From: Microthyrium microscopicum
Lineage: Eukaryota
Reading direction: 5' to 3'
NCBI GenBank assembly: GCA_010405405.1
Contig: MU004231.1
Coordinates: forward strand, 1,867,784-1,931,783
DNA: 64,000 nt
Positions 1 through 13,091 of this stretch are shown here, in pieces. The number at the start of each line of letters is the position of its first letter. Within the stretch, counting starts at the first letter, position 1. The position numbers and the translations under genes are program-made. Under the pieces are notes generated by a model that was not told the origin of the DNA, ran no database searches, and saw only the letters and a program-made list of their open reading frames with translations.

Positions 1-558
1 CCCACCCGCTCCATCACAGAAGTACACGTTGAGAACGATCCTGCACCGCGCGAAGCAGACAAGCCAGACGCCAACAACAGTTTAGTTAAGGAGACAGCTG
101 CTCTTAGTGTAGCAGACCATTCCGGTCCACTGTTCTGTAGGTACGCAGTAGACTTGCAGGAAACATCCATGCCCCTCGAAGCATGCTTCAGCTCCGGCGG
201 ATCCGGCGCTTGTCCGCTGTGCGGCACAAAGATAGGAACAGAAGCCGGCCGCGCGTGGAAAATCGACAAGGAAGTTGTGCACGAGCGCGTGCGCACAAAA
301 GACTATGACGATGAAGTCGTGGAAGAGCGAACATTCCTCATCAACAACCGCTTCGTTGTGAAGAGCCACAGGGAGAAGGCGGGCTTTGCGTGCGTGTTGT
401 GCTACAATCATCGTGAGAGAGATACGATTTGCGAGAGCGTGGCGGGATTGGTGAGACATGTGTGGCAGAGGCATGATGTGAGTGAGTTTGAGGCGGAGCC
501 AGATATTAGGGAAGTGTCGATGTTGGAGGAACGGGTGACTCAGAAACGGGACCGGTAG
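1..558 (+). CDS. 3' part of a fungal hypothetical protein with Cys/His-rich (possibly zinc-binding) C-terminus; truncated by window start
   Basis: Frame 1 is open from base 1 to TAG at 556-558. Motifs CPLC, F(V)VKSH, FACVLC, ICES..LVRHV. Confidence 0.7.
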   Translation, partial: PTRSITEVHVENDPAPREADKPDANNSLVKETAALSVADHSGPLFCRYAVDLQETSMPLEACFSSGGSGACPLCGTKIGTEAGRAWKIDKEVVHERVRTKDYDDEVVEERTFLINNRFVVKSHREKAGFACVLCYNHRERDTICESVAGLVRHVWQRHDVSEFEAEPDIREVSMLEERVTQKRDR

Positions 559-1078
559 AACTGGAGGAGCACTAGGAAGGTGGATTTTGTATGATTAGTA
601 TGATTAATGACTCGACTCCTAAGAATGCACATAGTTCTTTATGCTTCGGCTGCTGTACCATAAGCTTGTACCCGGGATGAGAGAACACCTATTGGGAACG
701 TATTGGGCTGGCTTGAAGAGTGCTGGACGATTTTTCGCCATCGCCGAAGTTATAGCATTGAAAAATCTTCACGATTGATTATAATGCCAAACACGAACAT
801 CACGAATGATCCCCTAACCCAGAATCAATTCCTTTCCATGGGTATTTTAACTCGTAAGGCTGAACACAAGGCTGTGATACGCTATCATTGGCGGTGGCGT
901 TTGGTACCCCGTCAAAGCTTAAGACCTTCTTCCCTTGTGATCACCAGCTTCTTTCTTTCTCCTCTTCTAGTTTTCTTCAATTGTCCCTTTTTGTATACTC
1001 TACTTCACTCGCTATTACTTCCAAGAGTATGATTATCGGATAACCAATTGGCATCCTTCAAAGCCCCACCGGCGTACA

Positions 1079-2703
1079 ATGACAACACGATACAGGGTTG
1101 AGTGTCAGTGACCGCAACTTCCACAATCTATAATGTATATAGTAAAGAGAAACTAACAACAATCAATAGATGCACTCAAAGTACGAGAGGTTTTTCATAT
1201 TTCATTGTGTGTGATATTTCAGCTAATGCTGTTGTTTGAACTAGTCGCATCGAAGAGACCAATTGGTTAGTACCGGGTTATTCTTTACAAGTGGAGAAAC
1301 AACATGTGCTAACGAAGTGTAGATAGAATGGATCAAAGTCAGTATATATCGATATAGAACAACTTCAAGGAGACTACGATTTGATACTAAGCTTCACTAC
1401 GTAGGGATTACTTGCAGTGCCCTTCGTGCTGCATTCGCAGCCAACGGCTGTCTTTGAGCCGCAAAAGGAAACGACTGACCAGATGGCAAATAATGCCCAA
1501 CGGCGATATCTTGAGATTATGCGTGACGTTGAGGAGCTAATCAACGATCATAGTGAGTCTTCTGTTTCGCGATCAGATCAGATATCTGACTTCTGTGTAG
1601 TTCGACATCAAAAGGCTGGAACCGAAGAATATTCCAAACTGAAGCTCCTAGTGCCATCCATAGGCATGTTTTTCACGCCGTTATACCTACATGATGCTTT
1701 CATATACCAAGACAGCCAACGATATATCAGCTGGCGTCGCTTCGTGGCGCCCTCATTCAACGACATCCGTCTAGTTCTCAACACTGCCCAAGTCATGAGT
1801 CTCATCAGATCAGGACCTCTTGAACTCGTAACCTTCGACGGAGACGTAACTCTTTACGACGATGGAAAGTCCCTAGAACCAGATTCTCCCATGATCCCAC
1901 GCCTCCTAAACCTACTACGAGATGGCACCAAAATAGGAATCGTCACCGCCGCCGGCTACACCTCAGCGCGCAAATACTACGAGCGTCTCCACGGTCTTCT
2001 AGACGCGGTGCAAGACTCTGATCTGCCAGACACACTCAAGGAAAATCTAATTGTACTTGGTGGCGAAAGCAACTATCTTTTCAGATTTTCCGCAGGTGAT
2101 CCGGATAGACTGAAATATGTGCCTCGGAAAGAATGGTTGCTGGACGAGATGAGATTATGGCAGGAAGATGATATCTCAGCACTATTGGATATTGCGGAGG
2201 TGGCTCTCAAAGATTGTATGAAGAACATGAGACTCGACGCACAAATCATCCGCAAAGACCGCGCAGTTGGCATAATCCCAATGCCTCATCACCGCTTTCC
2301 CAGAGAAGCACTTGAAGAAACTGTCCTCGTCACGCAGAAAATCCTAGTCAGTCCCCTTTATCCCCCATAAACTCACCACCCATTCCCCATACTTACCACC
2401 CCTCACCAGGAAGTATCAGCAGTAGGCCGCCGCATCCCCTTCTGCGCCTTCAACGGCGGCAACGACATATTCGTCGACATTGGCGATAAATCCTGGGGAG
2501 TAAAAGCCTGCCAACGCTTTTTCAAGGGCATTAATGGCGGGAAGACATTGCACGTGGGGGATCAGTTTTTGAGTGCTGGGGCGAATGATTTTAAAGCACG
2601 GGCGGCGTGTACTACTGCGTGGATTGCGGGGCCGGTGGAGACGGTGTTGTTGTTGGATGAGATTGCGGAGTTGGAGAGGGTTGTTGATAGGAAGAATCGG
2701 TAG
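1079..2703 (+). CDS. ISN1: IMP-specific 5'-nucleotidase (HAD family), 7 exons
   Basis: Exons 1079-1103, 1170-1180, 1245-1265, 1323-1337, 1405-1552, 1601-2346, 2410-2703 splice to MTTRYRVEYALKSHRRDQLIEWIKGLLAVPFVLHSQP...TFDGDVTLY...FNGGNDIFVDIGDKS...LHVGDQF. All introns are GT-AG. Confidence 0.95.
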
Positions 2704-2789
2704 GGGAGGGAGGGAGGGGGGAAGGGGAGGAGAGGAGAGAAAGGGGAGGAGGGGAGGGGATGGATGGATGGTGGTGTAAGTGAAGAGTA

Positions 2790-2921
2790 ACAAGGCTGAA
2801 GGAGCAATACGAGGCTGAAGAGCAATACGAGGCTGAAGGAACAATACAAGGCTGAAGGAGCAATACAAGGCTGAAGGAGCAATACAAGGCTGAAGGAGCA
2901 ATACAAGGCTAAAGGAGCAAT
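2790..2921. repeat. Minisatellite, about 7 copies of a 19-nt unit (acaaggctgaaggagcaat)
   Basis: Directly visible tandem copies with few substitutions, just downstream of ISN1 and a purine-rich G tract. Confidence 0.9.
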
Positions 2922-3335
2922 AAGACAACATTGTGAGCTTAAGCCTCAGGGACGGGTCGGTTTCAAATTGCTGGGAGGGGGAAAACCTAAAAGGAGAAGC
3001 GAGAAATTCGAACCCTAGATTTTTACCTTGATGGTTAAACTTTGAAATCACTTGAAGAAACTTTAAGATATGGTGAACTAGTTCGTGCGTTATCTGACTT
3101 GTTTGCGACGGTCGAGTTTTCCTAAAGTGGCAATTGGTCCGGTTCCATCAGATCAATGCATCATGGTCAAAGCCTCAACAGACACCCCTTAGAACCCCAC
3201 GAGTCCCTTCTACAACCACTGACATCAACATTGAAGATCATCTCAATAATTCTCCAAACAAGACATAAAATCCTCCTAGAAACGGCGGATACTTCACAGT
3301 CTCAAGAGCAAGGGAGATAAGAGCTGCTTAGGAAA

Positions 3336-4802
3336 ATGGATCAGTCTATGATGAAAGCCGCTCTGGCCAAGGTCCCATTGGCCTTGAAAACCGCAGCGGC
3401 GCATACTCTAGGATTAACAGAAACCTCATCGAAATGGACTCTCAAACAAGAAGTCTTTGTCACCGTACTTCGATCTTTCCTTCAAGGAGATTCACCAAAG
3501 CTATCCTCGCTGCAGCGCGGCACTCTCAAGGACCCTGGCATTAAAGGCAAAAAATGGGTCAGCAAATATACGATACCCAAGCCCTCAGAAGGCGAAAATG
3601 GCGTCCGCGAGAAACTATTCGGCGCGATCGAAGCCATGAAGACGGGCAATGAAGAGTACCTAAAGGCAGATTCTATCCCCGTCGAAGTTGAATGGACAGG
3701 CTATCAAAAAGATGCCACAGACAAGACCCAAGAGCTTGATATTTCTGAGGCTGAGAAGTACGCAAACATGATGAAAGATATCACCAATGATGTGACCGTC
3801 CTCTATCTCCACGGCGGCGCATATTACCTCCTAGACCCAGCCTTCTATCGTGATTCCATGCAAAAGATCGCGCAAATGACCGGCGGACGAACCTATTCCG
3901 TCCGCTACAGATTAGCACCCCAGAACCCCTTCCCATCCGCCCTCATGGACGCACTAACAGCCTACCTCTCCCTCCTCTCACCACCGCCCGGCGCACCACA
4001 CGCCGCAGTCCCAGCCAACAACATTGTCTTCGCAGGCGACTCCGCCGGTGGCAACTTATCTGCCGTCCTCCTCCAACTGATCCTCCAACTCCACCGCATG
4101 GCCGGTCCAGGCAAAATCCCCGAAATCGAGTTTGGCGGCAAAATGGTCCCCGTGCCAGTACCAGGCGGCACAGTCCTAATATCTCCCTGGTGCGACATGA
4201 CCGCCTGCATGGACTCAACAAAACGCTTCCTAAAATACGACTACCTAGTCCACACATGCACGCAATTCGCCTCGCTACCCAGCTGCTCGATATGGCCTGC
4301 AAAACCGCCTCGGCTGGATATATACTGTGAAGGCAGCGCGCTGTGCCATCCGCTTGTCTCACCGCTTGCCGCACAAGACTGGACGGGTGCACCGCCAACG
4401 ATGGTGATTACGGGCGAAGAAGTGCTCGCAGATGAAGCGGCGTCGATAGCATCGTTGATGGCGAAGCAGGGAGTTGTGGTAGAGTGGGAGCAATATGAGG
4501 CTATGCCGCATGTATTTGGAATGATGTTTATTGATGAGAACGTTGGCAAGATGTTCTTTGATACATGGGCGCGGTTCTGCAAGGAGGTTGTGGCTGGGAA
4601 GGTTGGGACGAGCAAGGGGACGTATGTTACGGCGAAGTTGTTGGAGAGGAAGGCGTTGGATCCGGCGAAGTTGTTGGATGAGTTGGGGGTTAAGCATGAG
4701 GATGTGCTAGGACTGATGACCAGGAAACGGGATGCAGCGATGAAAGACTTTGAGGTATATCAGGCGAAGATTAGTGAGAGCGGTACACCGTCGAAGCTAT
4801 GA
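3336..4802 (+). CDS. Alpha/beta hydrolase fold-3 (HSL-family) lipase/esterase with C-terminal PTS1
   Basis: 488-aa intronless ORF with HGG, YRLAPQNPFP, GDSAGG nucleophile and MPHVF; ends in SKL. Confidence 0.92.
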   Translation: MDQSMMKAALAKVPLALKTAAAHTLGLTETSSKWTLKQEVFVTVLRSFLQGDSPKLSSLQRGTLKDPGIKGKKWVSKYTIPKPSEGENGVREKLFGAIEAMKTGNEEYLKADSIPVEVEWTGYQKDATDKTQELDISEAEKYANMMKDITNDVTVLYLHGGAYYLLDPAFYRDSMQKIAQMTGGRTYSVRYRLAPQNPFPSALMDALTAYLSLLSPPPGAPHAAVPANNIVFAGDSAGGNLSAVLLQLILQLHRMAGPGKIPEIEFGGKMVPVPVPGGTVLISPWCDMTACMDSTKRFLKYDYLVHTCTQFASLPSCSIWPAKPPRLDIYCEGSALCHPLVSPLAAQDWTGAPPTMVITGEEVLADEAASIASLMAKQGVVVEWEQYEAMPHVFGMMFIDENVGKMFFDTWARFCKEVVAGKVGTSKGTYVTAKLLERKALDPAKLLDELGVKHEDVLGLMTRKRDAAMKDFEVYQAKISESGTPSKL

Positions 4803-4962
4803 AGGGCGGGTTGTGTTCATGGGCATGTATTCGTGTATATTACATATTGGAGAACTTCTTCGTCTCCTACAGTGCTTAGATTATTGTATGGCACTTGGGC
4901 AAGCTAGACAGAGAGAAACCTTCTAGACATGCATTTCTTCAAAACATCGTCATGTCTCAGCT

Positions 4963-5157
4963 CTAGTTCTTGCTAGACTTCTCCTCCGCATGCTTCTCCA
5001 TGATGTGAGTGGGATTGGACTCGAGGTTGTCCAATGCCTTGTTAGACTCGTTCTCAGCTTTGTCGGTGGTGCCTTGGTTCGGGTTTTTGGCAGGAGGTTC
5101 GAGCTGGTCGGGACGCTGGGTCTCTGGGGGAGGAGATTCGCCTCTTTCTGGTGCCAT
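4963..5157 (-). CDS. Small hydrophilic protein (64 aa), possibly stress- or spore-associated
   Basis: Good start context (acaATGG). Probable 5'UTR intron at about 5169-5219 (gtacgc..ctaac..aag). TATA-like site near 5311-5317. Confidence 0.7.
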   Translation of the reverse strand: MAPERGESPPPETQRPDQLEPPAKNPNQGTTDKAENESNKALDNLESNPTHIMEKHAEEKSSKN

Positions 5158-5574
5158 TGTGAATGAAGCTTGAGAAATAGTTAGTTGGTTCTTTTAATGA
5201 ATGAGGATAGCGGGCGTACTTTGGAAGCTTAAGTTGGTAGTCGTGTATGGAGTTTGATGATTTGGGTCTCTGGTGTGATGTGGTGTAAGTTGAAAGATTG
5301 TATGAGGGGTTATATATTGAGCTCTAGATGCTTGTATGAAACGTCATTGTCCCTCTTTGACACCTGACTGATGCGATGTAATCCATCATGGATAGGCAGT
5401 GACATCACAGTGGCTCTTTCAGCCTTGTACATCTAATCTTATCTGATGGGACAGGGGTGGACATATCTGGTCTCGGTCTTTCGCCAATTGCGGTCAAACC
5501 ATGAGAGACAGACCATCCAAAGCCAAGCCGCCAACCCTTTCCAATAGCGACATTGCACCTCTGATAAAGAGGTC

Positions 5575-6523
5575 ATGCCAATTTGTATCGAATGTAGACA
5601 TCCAGTTACTCTGCTGTACACCGAGTACAGCAAGGCCGACGACCGCTCTCTAGGCAAAGGGGTCCGCTTGACCCAGTGTCCACAATGCCAGCGCTTCGCC
5701 GACAAATATGTTGAACATGACTTTGTTGTTCTCTTCATCGATCTGGTGCTGATAAAGCCGCAAGTATGTGCACGCGCGATATGGAAGGTCTCCATGTTAA
5801 CACGTATCTCAGGTCTACAGACACCTTCTGTTCAACCGGCTTTCGCGTGCAGATGATCGATTTGATGTAAGAACTGTCCACCTACAATTCATACCATAGT
5901 ACTTATTAGAGTGATAGCCTTCAATTATCCGGCTCGGAACCCTCCTGCTCCTCTTCGACGTATACCTTACCTGGGCTCGCATCGAGAAGACAGGCGCATC
6001 TCCAAACTCGCCGCCGCCCACTGGTGCATTGAGCGCATACCCGCTTCTCCTCCAATACCTATTCTTCCTGGTCCACTGTCTACTCGGAACACTATCCTTC
6101 CACCTGCCAATACGAGTACTCTGCACGTCACCAAGACTAGGCTGGCTTCGGCGCTTAACCAGCTTACCATATTATAAAGACGCAACTGCACTATCGACAG
6201 CTCTATTAGTCAGCTCCTGTACAAAGCTTTTTCCAATATTGCTTATAGTATGGGAATACGATCTACCATCGGCAGCATCGGCAGTGAGCTGGGCAGTGAT
6301 TGTGAATAATGTGGCGGCGCTGGAGATCTTGATGGACTGTGGATATGGACGAGCTTTAGCATTAGTAATTGTTGGTGCAATTGCGAGGGCGACGGTTGGC
6401 TGGAGTATGCTTTCTGCAATTGGTTTACAGGATAGGATATGGAATTTGGGAGACTTGAAGATGAATGGGGTGGTTTCTGATAGTTTATTCGACTCCCTGA
6501 AATGGATAGGGAGTTGGAGCTAG
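5575..6523 (+). CDS. ARV1: Arv1 sterol homeostasis / lipid transport protein
   Basis: N-terminal CIEC...CPQC..FADKYVEHD..DLVLIKPQVYRHLLFN Arv1 homology domain. Exons 5575-5763, 5813-5866, 5918-6523. Confidence 0.93.
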
Positions 6524-7463
6524 CAGATAAGCTGAAGCTAGCAAATATGATACCCTTTGACGCGCTGTATCTCTTCTTTGAGTGCAATCCAATTCTCTTC
6601 AATGTCTCATGAGATGTAGTGGTATGAACGACTGGTCTATCATTACATTGCTCCTAACGCCGTGACCTCTGCTCATATCTCAGTCTCCTCTAGACTGAGC
6701 CATGTTGCTGCCCTGCTTGACTTATTGTATCTTTCAATCTCGCCACCGATCTCGTCCTTGCGCTATGCCGAATTTTCGACCCGTAGATGATTATTAAGTG
6801 GTGTAATAAGAGGATGAAGTTGTGCGAGAAGCGTGATGGCTTGGATTGTCAGTATTCTGTTTCCAAGCTGCTTGTTCAGTTCCACTCACCCCACATGAGA
6901 TAGCATGCCACTGCAGACATAATCAATCCCGATCTCCATACCCTGTTGCCTTGATGTTAGCCAAAGTCCCCACCACAGCTTATCGTAAAGAACTGGAAAT
7001 CCATAGACACTCTGAATAGTGCCTTTATCATGAAAATGTATGGTATGCCATGTATAAGGAGCCGGAAGCGCTTACGTCTGGGTATCGCCTTTTGGCGCGA
7101 GGAACCATGATGCGACGCTGAAGAGGGCGATGAAGGCAAGGCCGATGAAAATACTCCAACTAGACGGTATCAGTAGATACTATATATCTCAAAGAAGTCA
7201 ACACATACCCGTTTGCCATGCTGTCTGATAGATCTGAAGTGCAGATGAGGAGCGATGTTGAGCTTCGGAGGTTGCCAAGCATGGAGGTTGAGATTGGAGC
7301 TCGCTTCAACCCGCTAAAGCCGGCCTAGCCAGTGGTGTTTCCGCGCTGCCTCAAGCCTTTTTTTTTTTGCTTGACTCGCTCTCCCTTTTGATTATTGCAC
7401 TTTGTTTTCAACTTCACGGCTTGAGAAAAATAAATTTGATCATGTTAAGACCTGCAATACATC

Positions 7464-9156
7464 ATGTCGCTCTACTACGACGCCGTCGCCGTCATATCGA
7501 ATGAGGAACGTGTTGGAGGCTCCCTCAAATCTCGAATATATGCCAACAAGTCGTCTAAACACGCGCCTGCTCAAATATATGCTCTTGTCAGTGAGACTAC
7601 AAAGTGGTCTGCTGTCCTGAAAGAAGTCATAGAAAAAGCTGGAATACTGAAAATCGAGAAGAAGGTTTGACCATGCTCTTTGGGCCTTTTAGTGGTGCTC
7701 GATGGCTAATACTCATGAACAGTTGACCGATGTACTTGCTCTCTTGCTTGTCCATGATCTAATTCTCTCCAAAAGAGGAATTGCAGCACCTCAAAGCCAC
7801 GCCCTTTGCATTGCGGTAAATCGCCACAGATCCCGATTGAACGCAGAATTCACCAAGCTTCGTATTCGCAAGGGATATCCAACCCTGCAGGCATTTCGCC
7901 AAAGCATTGATGCATCGAGTTCTGCAAGCTCGTACGATCAAGAAAATGAAATCTACCCTCATCCCCGATGGGTGAGAATCAATACCCTCAAAACCTCCTG
8001 GGACAAGCAACTCAAGTCAACTTTTGCAGATTTCGAGGAGACTAATGTACTAGAAAACGTGTTGAAAGCATCGAAGAATCAGAGAATATTCCATGTTGAT
8101 GCGAACGTCGAAAATCTGATTGCATTACCACCACTTTACGACACGTCGAAAATGGATGCGTATCGCAAGAGCCTGTTGATTCTGCAGGACAAGGCTTCGT
8201 GTTTCCCAGCCACATTGCTTGATCCAATGGCGCATGATGGAGACATGATTGATGCATGTGCAGCGCCTGGCAACAAAACTACGCATCTGGCAGCTCTATC
8301 CAGTTCGAAAGATATGCCTAGTGGTCAGAAGCATATATTTGCTTTTGAGAGGGACACGAAACGGGCCGAAACTCTGCGTAAAATGGTCGCACAAGCTGGC
8401 GCCAATGAACTGGTTACAATTCTGGGGTCAACCGACTTTTTGCAAGTCGTGCCAACTGATGATCAATACAGTCGCACAACAGGTATCCTGCTGGATCCTA
8501 GTTGTTCGGGAAGTGGTATCGTTGGTAGAGATGAAGAGCCAGCCTTTCATGTTCCCACCATCCCCGCCCAATCGGCCATCCAGCCCGGACATAAATCCAA
8601 GAAAAGAAAACGTTCTCGACAGGTCGAAAAGCAACGTGCAGCTGAATCACCGCCTGTCCAAGAAGAAAGTATCGAAGAAGCTGATGATGAGACCGAAAAA
8701 CGACTCGAGGCACTGGCAAGCTTTCAATTGAAGCTACTACTCCACGGTATGAAGTTTCCTGATGCACGCCGGATAGTCTATTCCACGTGCAGCATTCACG
8801 TTCAAGAAAACGAGGGCGTGGTAATCCAAGCTCTTATGTCTGAAGCTGCACGAAGTAATGGCTGGACCATTTTGCCCCGCATGCAACAACCGCCTGGTTT
8901 ACAAGCGTGGAGTATAAGAGGCTTGCGTTCAGAATGTGAACAACTGATGGCCAGCCTACCTCACGCTGCAGGTCTCCCTAGTGCGAAGGAGGTTGCCGAA
9001 GCATGCATTCGCTGTGAAAAAGGCACGGCGGAAGGTACCATGGGCTTCTTTGTATGTGGGTTTAGTAGAGATCCGCAGTCTGTTACATCTACCGCACTTG
9101 ATACTGGATTGAACGAAAATATTGACGAATGGGATGGATTCAGCGATTCTGAATGA
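7464..9156 (+). CDS. RCM1: 25S rRNA cytosine-C5 methyltransferase (NOL1/NOP2/Sun family, NSUN5-like)
   Basis: Motifs PRWVRINTLK, LQDKASCFPA, DACAAPGNKTTH, DPSCSGSG, YSTCS. Intron 7665-7722. Confidence 0.92.
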
Positions 9157-9577
9157 TTAAACTTCTCTTTAGCTTTTGACTTGTAACAACACAATCTTGA
9201 TGAGTTGGTTTGTACAACATTTTCTACCAAATCTAAGACGAACTAAATAAAGGAAAGAGCCGCTGGTCTTCATCGCCTACTATTGCAATTCCACGAGGAC
9301 TCCAGTCAGTCACACTGGACGTCGGGTTTCCAAATCTAAGGTCGAATGATACGACGATTATTCCTCCTACTACAATACCTATACAAGCGATCATCGTGAA
9401 GTCGTCCTTCATGATTCTTCGACATACCTTATTCTTCCTCGACCCTAATACCTAATCCTACTTCACCATACATCTCTTGTAGCTCTACTCAGCGACCTTG
9501 TATCTAGGCCAATCTACCCCGAGAGGTTGCGTTACTACTCTAGTAGGACTCTGCCAAAACATCTAATAATTGTAGTG

Positions 9578-11443
9578 ATGCCCCCTCCCACATCATATGG
9601 CGAGAGTCATCTTCAACCCCGATCGGACTCCGTGAACCATGGCTCACCCTCCCCGTGGTATGATCCTTCGAAACCGCCAATTCCAGCCTCAATATTTTCC
9701 TTGGTGCTCAATATCGTCAGTATCATGACATTGACCTACTGTCTCCGTGAGTGCTGTCAATCGTCTAGTAAGCCTAGATCCAACTGACCGTGCTAAGACG
9801 TCCGCTGGCCCGCCTTCAAAACCGCCAAACAGTTGCCATATATTTCCTGGGTCAATGTTGTTCTCTACGTGGACTCTCTCTTATTCACGACCGCCCAAAT
9901 GATTACTAATTATGCCTTCGGTCTCAACTATTCATTCAGAGCCTGCCAAGCTGCGGTCATGTTTTGTCAGTTCAAGTCAGCTATGATTCGCGATCGTTAT
10001 ACTGACAACGCTAGGTCTGAGCTTTTACCTGAGTTCAAAGCTGTTGATCTATTTCTACTTCACGGAACGTTCTTTTCTGGTTTGGTCTGATCGCTCGGCA
10101 AAGCGATTAAGGAATCCGATGTATATCTTCAATATGACAGGCATCATAGGTATGTTCTTTTCTTGACAACCAGCGGCATACTTCTCTTGATGTGACCCCC
10201 ATGGTGCTAAAGCACTCGATGGCTCGCATCGTGATAGATTACAGCCACAGTGTCCTTCCGGACCCCAGCTTCGCTTTCTTTTTCTTCAAGCAAGATAATA
10301 CCACAGTATTACATGGCTTGACTGGCGCAGCGCTTCATCGCTTACACAGCACTATAGTCATGCAATGTAGCGAGATGGGGTTCCAGCACGAATAGTTCAT
10401 TGCATGTTTCCTGCGCGTGTCAACTTTTACTACCTATACTTTTTCTCTACTGACAGGTTTTAGGTGGTTACATCGTTATAGTCGTGTTTACATTCGTTTT
10501 TCGAATCAATCACCTTTCGCTATCTGGTCTGTGTGTGATCGGATTGGAGCGACGAATCTCAATTCCACTAGTCAGCTATGAAATGGTCATCAATGCCTAT
10601 TTAACATTCCTCTTCCTTTGGCCCCTGCGCAAAGTCTATTCATACAGCTCCCGAAAGAGCTCAAACTCACGACTGAGGCGAATGGCCATGCGATGTATGA
10701 TTGGCACCAGCATCACATGCGTAAGCACCGGCGCCAATTTAATCGTTCTCACGTGCCTTGACGGCGAGGAGGCATGGCTTTGCTTGATGCTTTGCAACGT
10801 TGATAGTAAGCATTCGCACAAGAGAAAACTCATACACGCATAGACTAACTCGTTCCCAAAAGTCATCATTTGTGTTGTTACACTCCATTGGGTCACGTCT
10901 TTTGGCCAAGGCAACAAAAGTCCGACGATAGGAAGCGAAATTCGCCCAGCATCTCCTCCGCACACAGAGCCTAAGAAGCGAATTGCCCGACCAGATAGGC
11001 GCCCACATGTACCCATTGCGTCTTGGGTAGACCACACGGTAACAACGTCAATATCGCATGCGCAGGTGACCTCTCCGCCTGGCTCGCCTATGAATAGTAT
11101 CATGGTGCACATGGAGCAAAGCCAGAAGATTGAGCCTTGCAACAATGCCATTGGCGTCAATTCCATCGGAGAAGGTTCCATTGTTGGGTGTGGCAGTTCA
11201 CATACTCTGGCAGAGAACAAGTTGACCGACTCTGATACAAAAGAAACAGGCTCTTCCCCATCGCCGGGCACGGAAGCAGAAGGCAGAAGTCAAAGAACGC
11301 CTAATGCCATGTCAAGACAGCATTTGATAGAGCTGGGGTTACTGCGTCAAACACCGGATTCACCATTTGTTGGGGAGCGAAATGCCCTCAGTCGTTCGGG
11401 ATCAATAATAGGCCGACCGAAAAGCAAAGGTACTGAGCGGTGA
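9578..11443 (+). CDS. Multi-pass (7TM/GPCR-like) fungal integral membrane protein with long disordered C-tail
   Basis: Exons 9578-9746, 9798-9965, 10015-10149, 10464-10805, 10863-11443 join in frame and give about 7 hydrophobic segments (e.g. CLSFYLSSKLLIYFYFTER, AWLCLMLCNVDIIICVVTLHWVT). Confidence 0.75.
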
Positions 11444-11567
11444 ATGAAGTAGACATGATCAGTCATTGGTGAGCTCGTTCTTTCATAGTTTCATAGACGA
11501 AAGAAACCTTTGATCCTCATCGTTCTTTGCTTTCAAGTATGGCGTATTGTCTCCAGTGTGTGAGCGC

Positions 11568-12590
11568 TCATCGCATTTCTACATCTTCGTCGTCCGCGTT
11601 CTGCTGTTCGGCAGCAAGTGCTTCGAGCGAGGCGAGCTCATCGACAGTTACTACGCGGCCAAGTGCATCCAAGGCGCCATTGTCGGTCGCCAGACCTTGT
11701 CGCTCAACAGCTCGTTTCGACTGTGCTTCAACGTAAGCTCGGCGTTGTCGCGCTGTTTCGCTCTCAGAGGCTGCTTGATCGGTAGTAGTTGCCAATTGGC
11801 TTAGTTGAGGCCGTAGGTCAGCCAATAGCTCTCGAAGGGCTGGCAGCTGTGAAATAGCGAATGATAGGTTGGTTTCTAGTGGACCAGCAGACGTAGGTCG
11901 ATGTTCCACGACAGAGCCGACATGAAGATGTTCTGATGCGGCACCACTGGTGAGAAAGGCAAATGGACCTGGTTGGGAGTGTCCGTCAATACCAAGGCTG
12001 GTAAGTGATTTAAGACTAGAAATAATAGCGTTGTTCCGCGCTATGGTATCCCGTAGCGCTGATCGCAACTTCTTAGTTTCTCGGAGCTTTTGTCTCAAAA
12101 GAGATATATCCTCTGGCTTCAGACTCTGCGGTGTTGAATGTTGCGGTATGTTCTATCCAACTGTTAGCTTAGCAATATAAATGTTAAGTAAATGCTTTAC
12201 TTCATAATGAGCCAGTCGCAACCACGGCACTAGATCATCTGGAATTTGAATGATGCTTCGGAATGCGACGATCTCAAATTTGTCGAAGTTGCGGTCAATG
12301 TTGGTTTGTAGTAGGGTTTCAAGTTTGTTGATGCCGTCGCGCAATTCACCTTCTGCGTCCGCAAACACAGGCTTGTTGTTCTCGTCTTTTTCAATAGCTC
12401 GTTTTTCTGCTCGAGCTTTCTCGGCGAAGCCAATGTCTGACGGATTTGCAGCCAGGACTCCTTTCTCAGCAGCATCAATTGCTCGGTTCGACAGGTCGTT
12501 CACTGTGTCAATGATCTCGTCAATCAGTGCCAGTGGGGTATATTCAAGATGCTCAGTGAGCAGAGCAGTTTTGGCTGATGTAGTGGCCAT
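11568..12590 (-). CDS. MIS12: Kinetochore protein Mis12/Mtw1
   Basis: LLTEHLEYTPLALIDEIIDTVN...LETLL...IDRNFDKFE...PWLRLAHY. Intron 12153-12200. Confidence 0.92.
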
Positions 12591-13091
12591 TCTTTTGTGC
12601 TGTGGTCTACTTCCGCACGTCAGGTCATGGACATATTGACATTGAACATAATTACTGGGTCATAAGTGGATTGCGGTTGAATGTGTAGCGCGTCAAATTC
12701 CATAACTCACGCGATGAGGCCGCCCAAGGCTCCAAGCTAAAAGGAGCACTAGCTTACTTTCTTGCTTAGCTAAGTCATGAGTAACGAGCTGCTAAACCCT
12801 GCAGCGGTAAGGAAGCTCTACCTCCGGAGCGCGACATCAAATCCAGAATTAGAATGCATCAAGATAACTCCAACCTTCCCTTCATTAGACATATTCTTCT
12901 CCCATTGCCGCCAACTGGATCGCAAGGCACTTCGTTGACTTCCCGAGCTTCTAGCAGACCATATTCGATTACATCCTCCGTCTGGTCACGTTCAAAACCT
13001 CCTTCTCCGTCCTCTGCCTCCCTAGACCGGCATCTACTTCTCCTTCGCGCAATTGTGGCCTGGATCTGAGCATCTTTGATACCGTCTAAGA

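Noticed and set aside
811..820. CCCTAACCC as a telomerase RNA template
   Set aside because: A single 9-mer in a 500-bp intergenic gap; no room or supporting structure for a fungal TER.
2790..2921. Direct-repeat array as CRISPR-like, and ORFs 2416-3051, 2562-2906 and 2612-2887 as genes
   Set aside because: Units are head-to-tail with no spacers in a eukaryotic genome. The ORFs are stop-free by-products of the repeat and the purine tract, antisense to ISN1.
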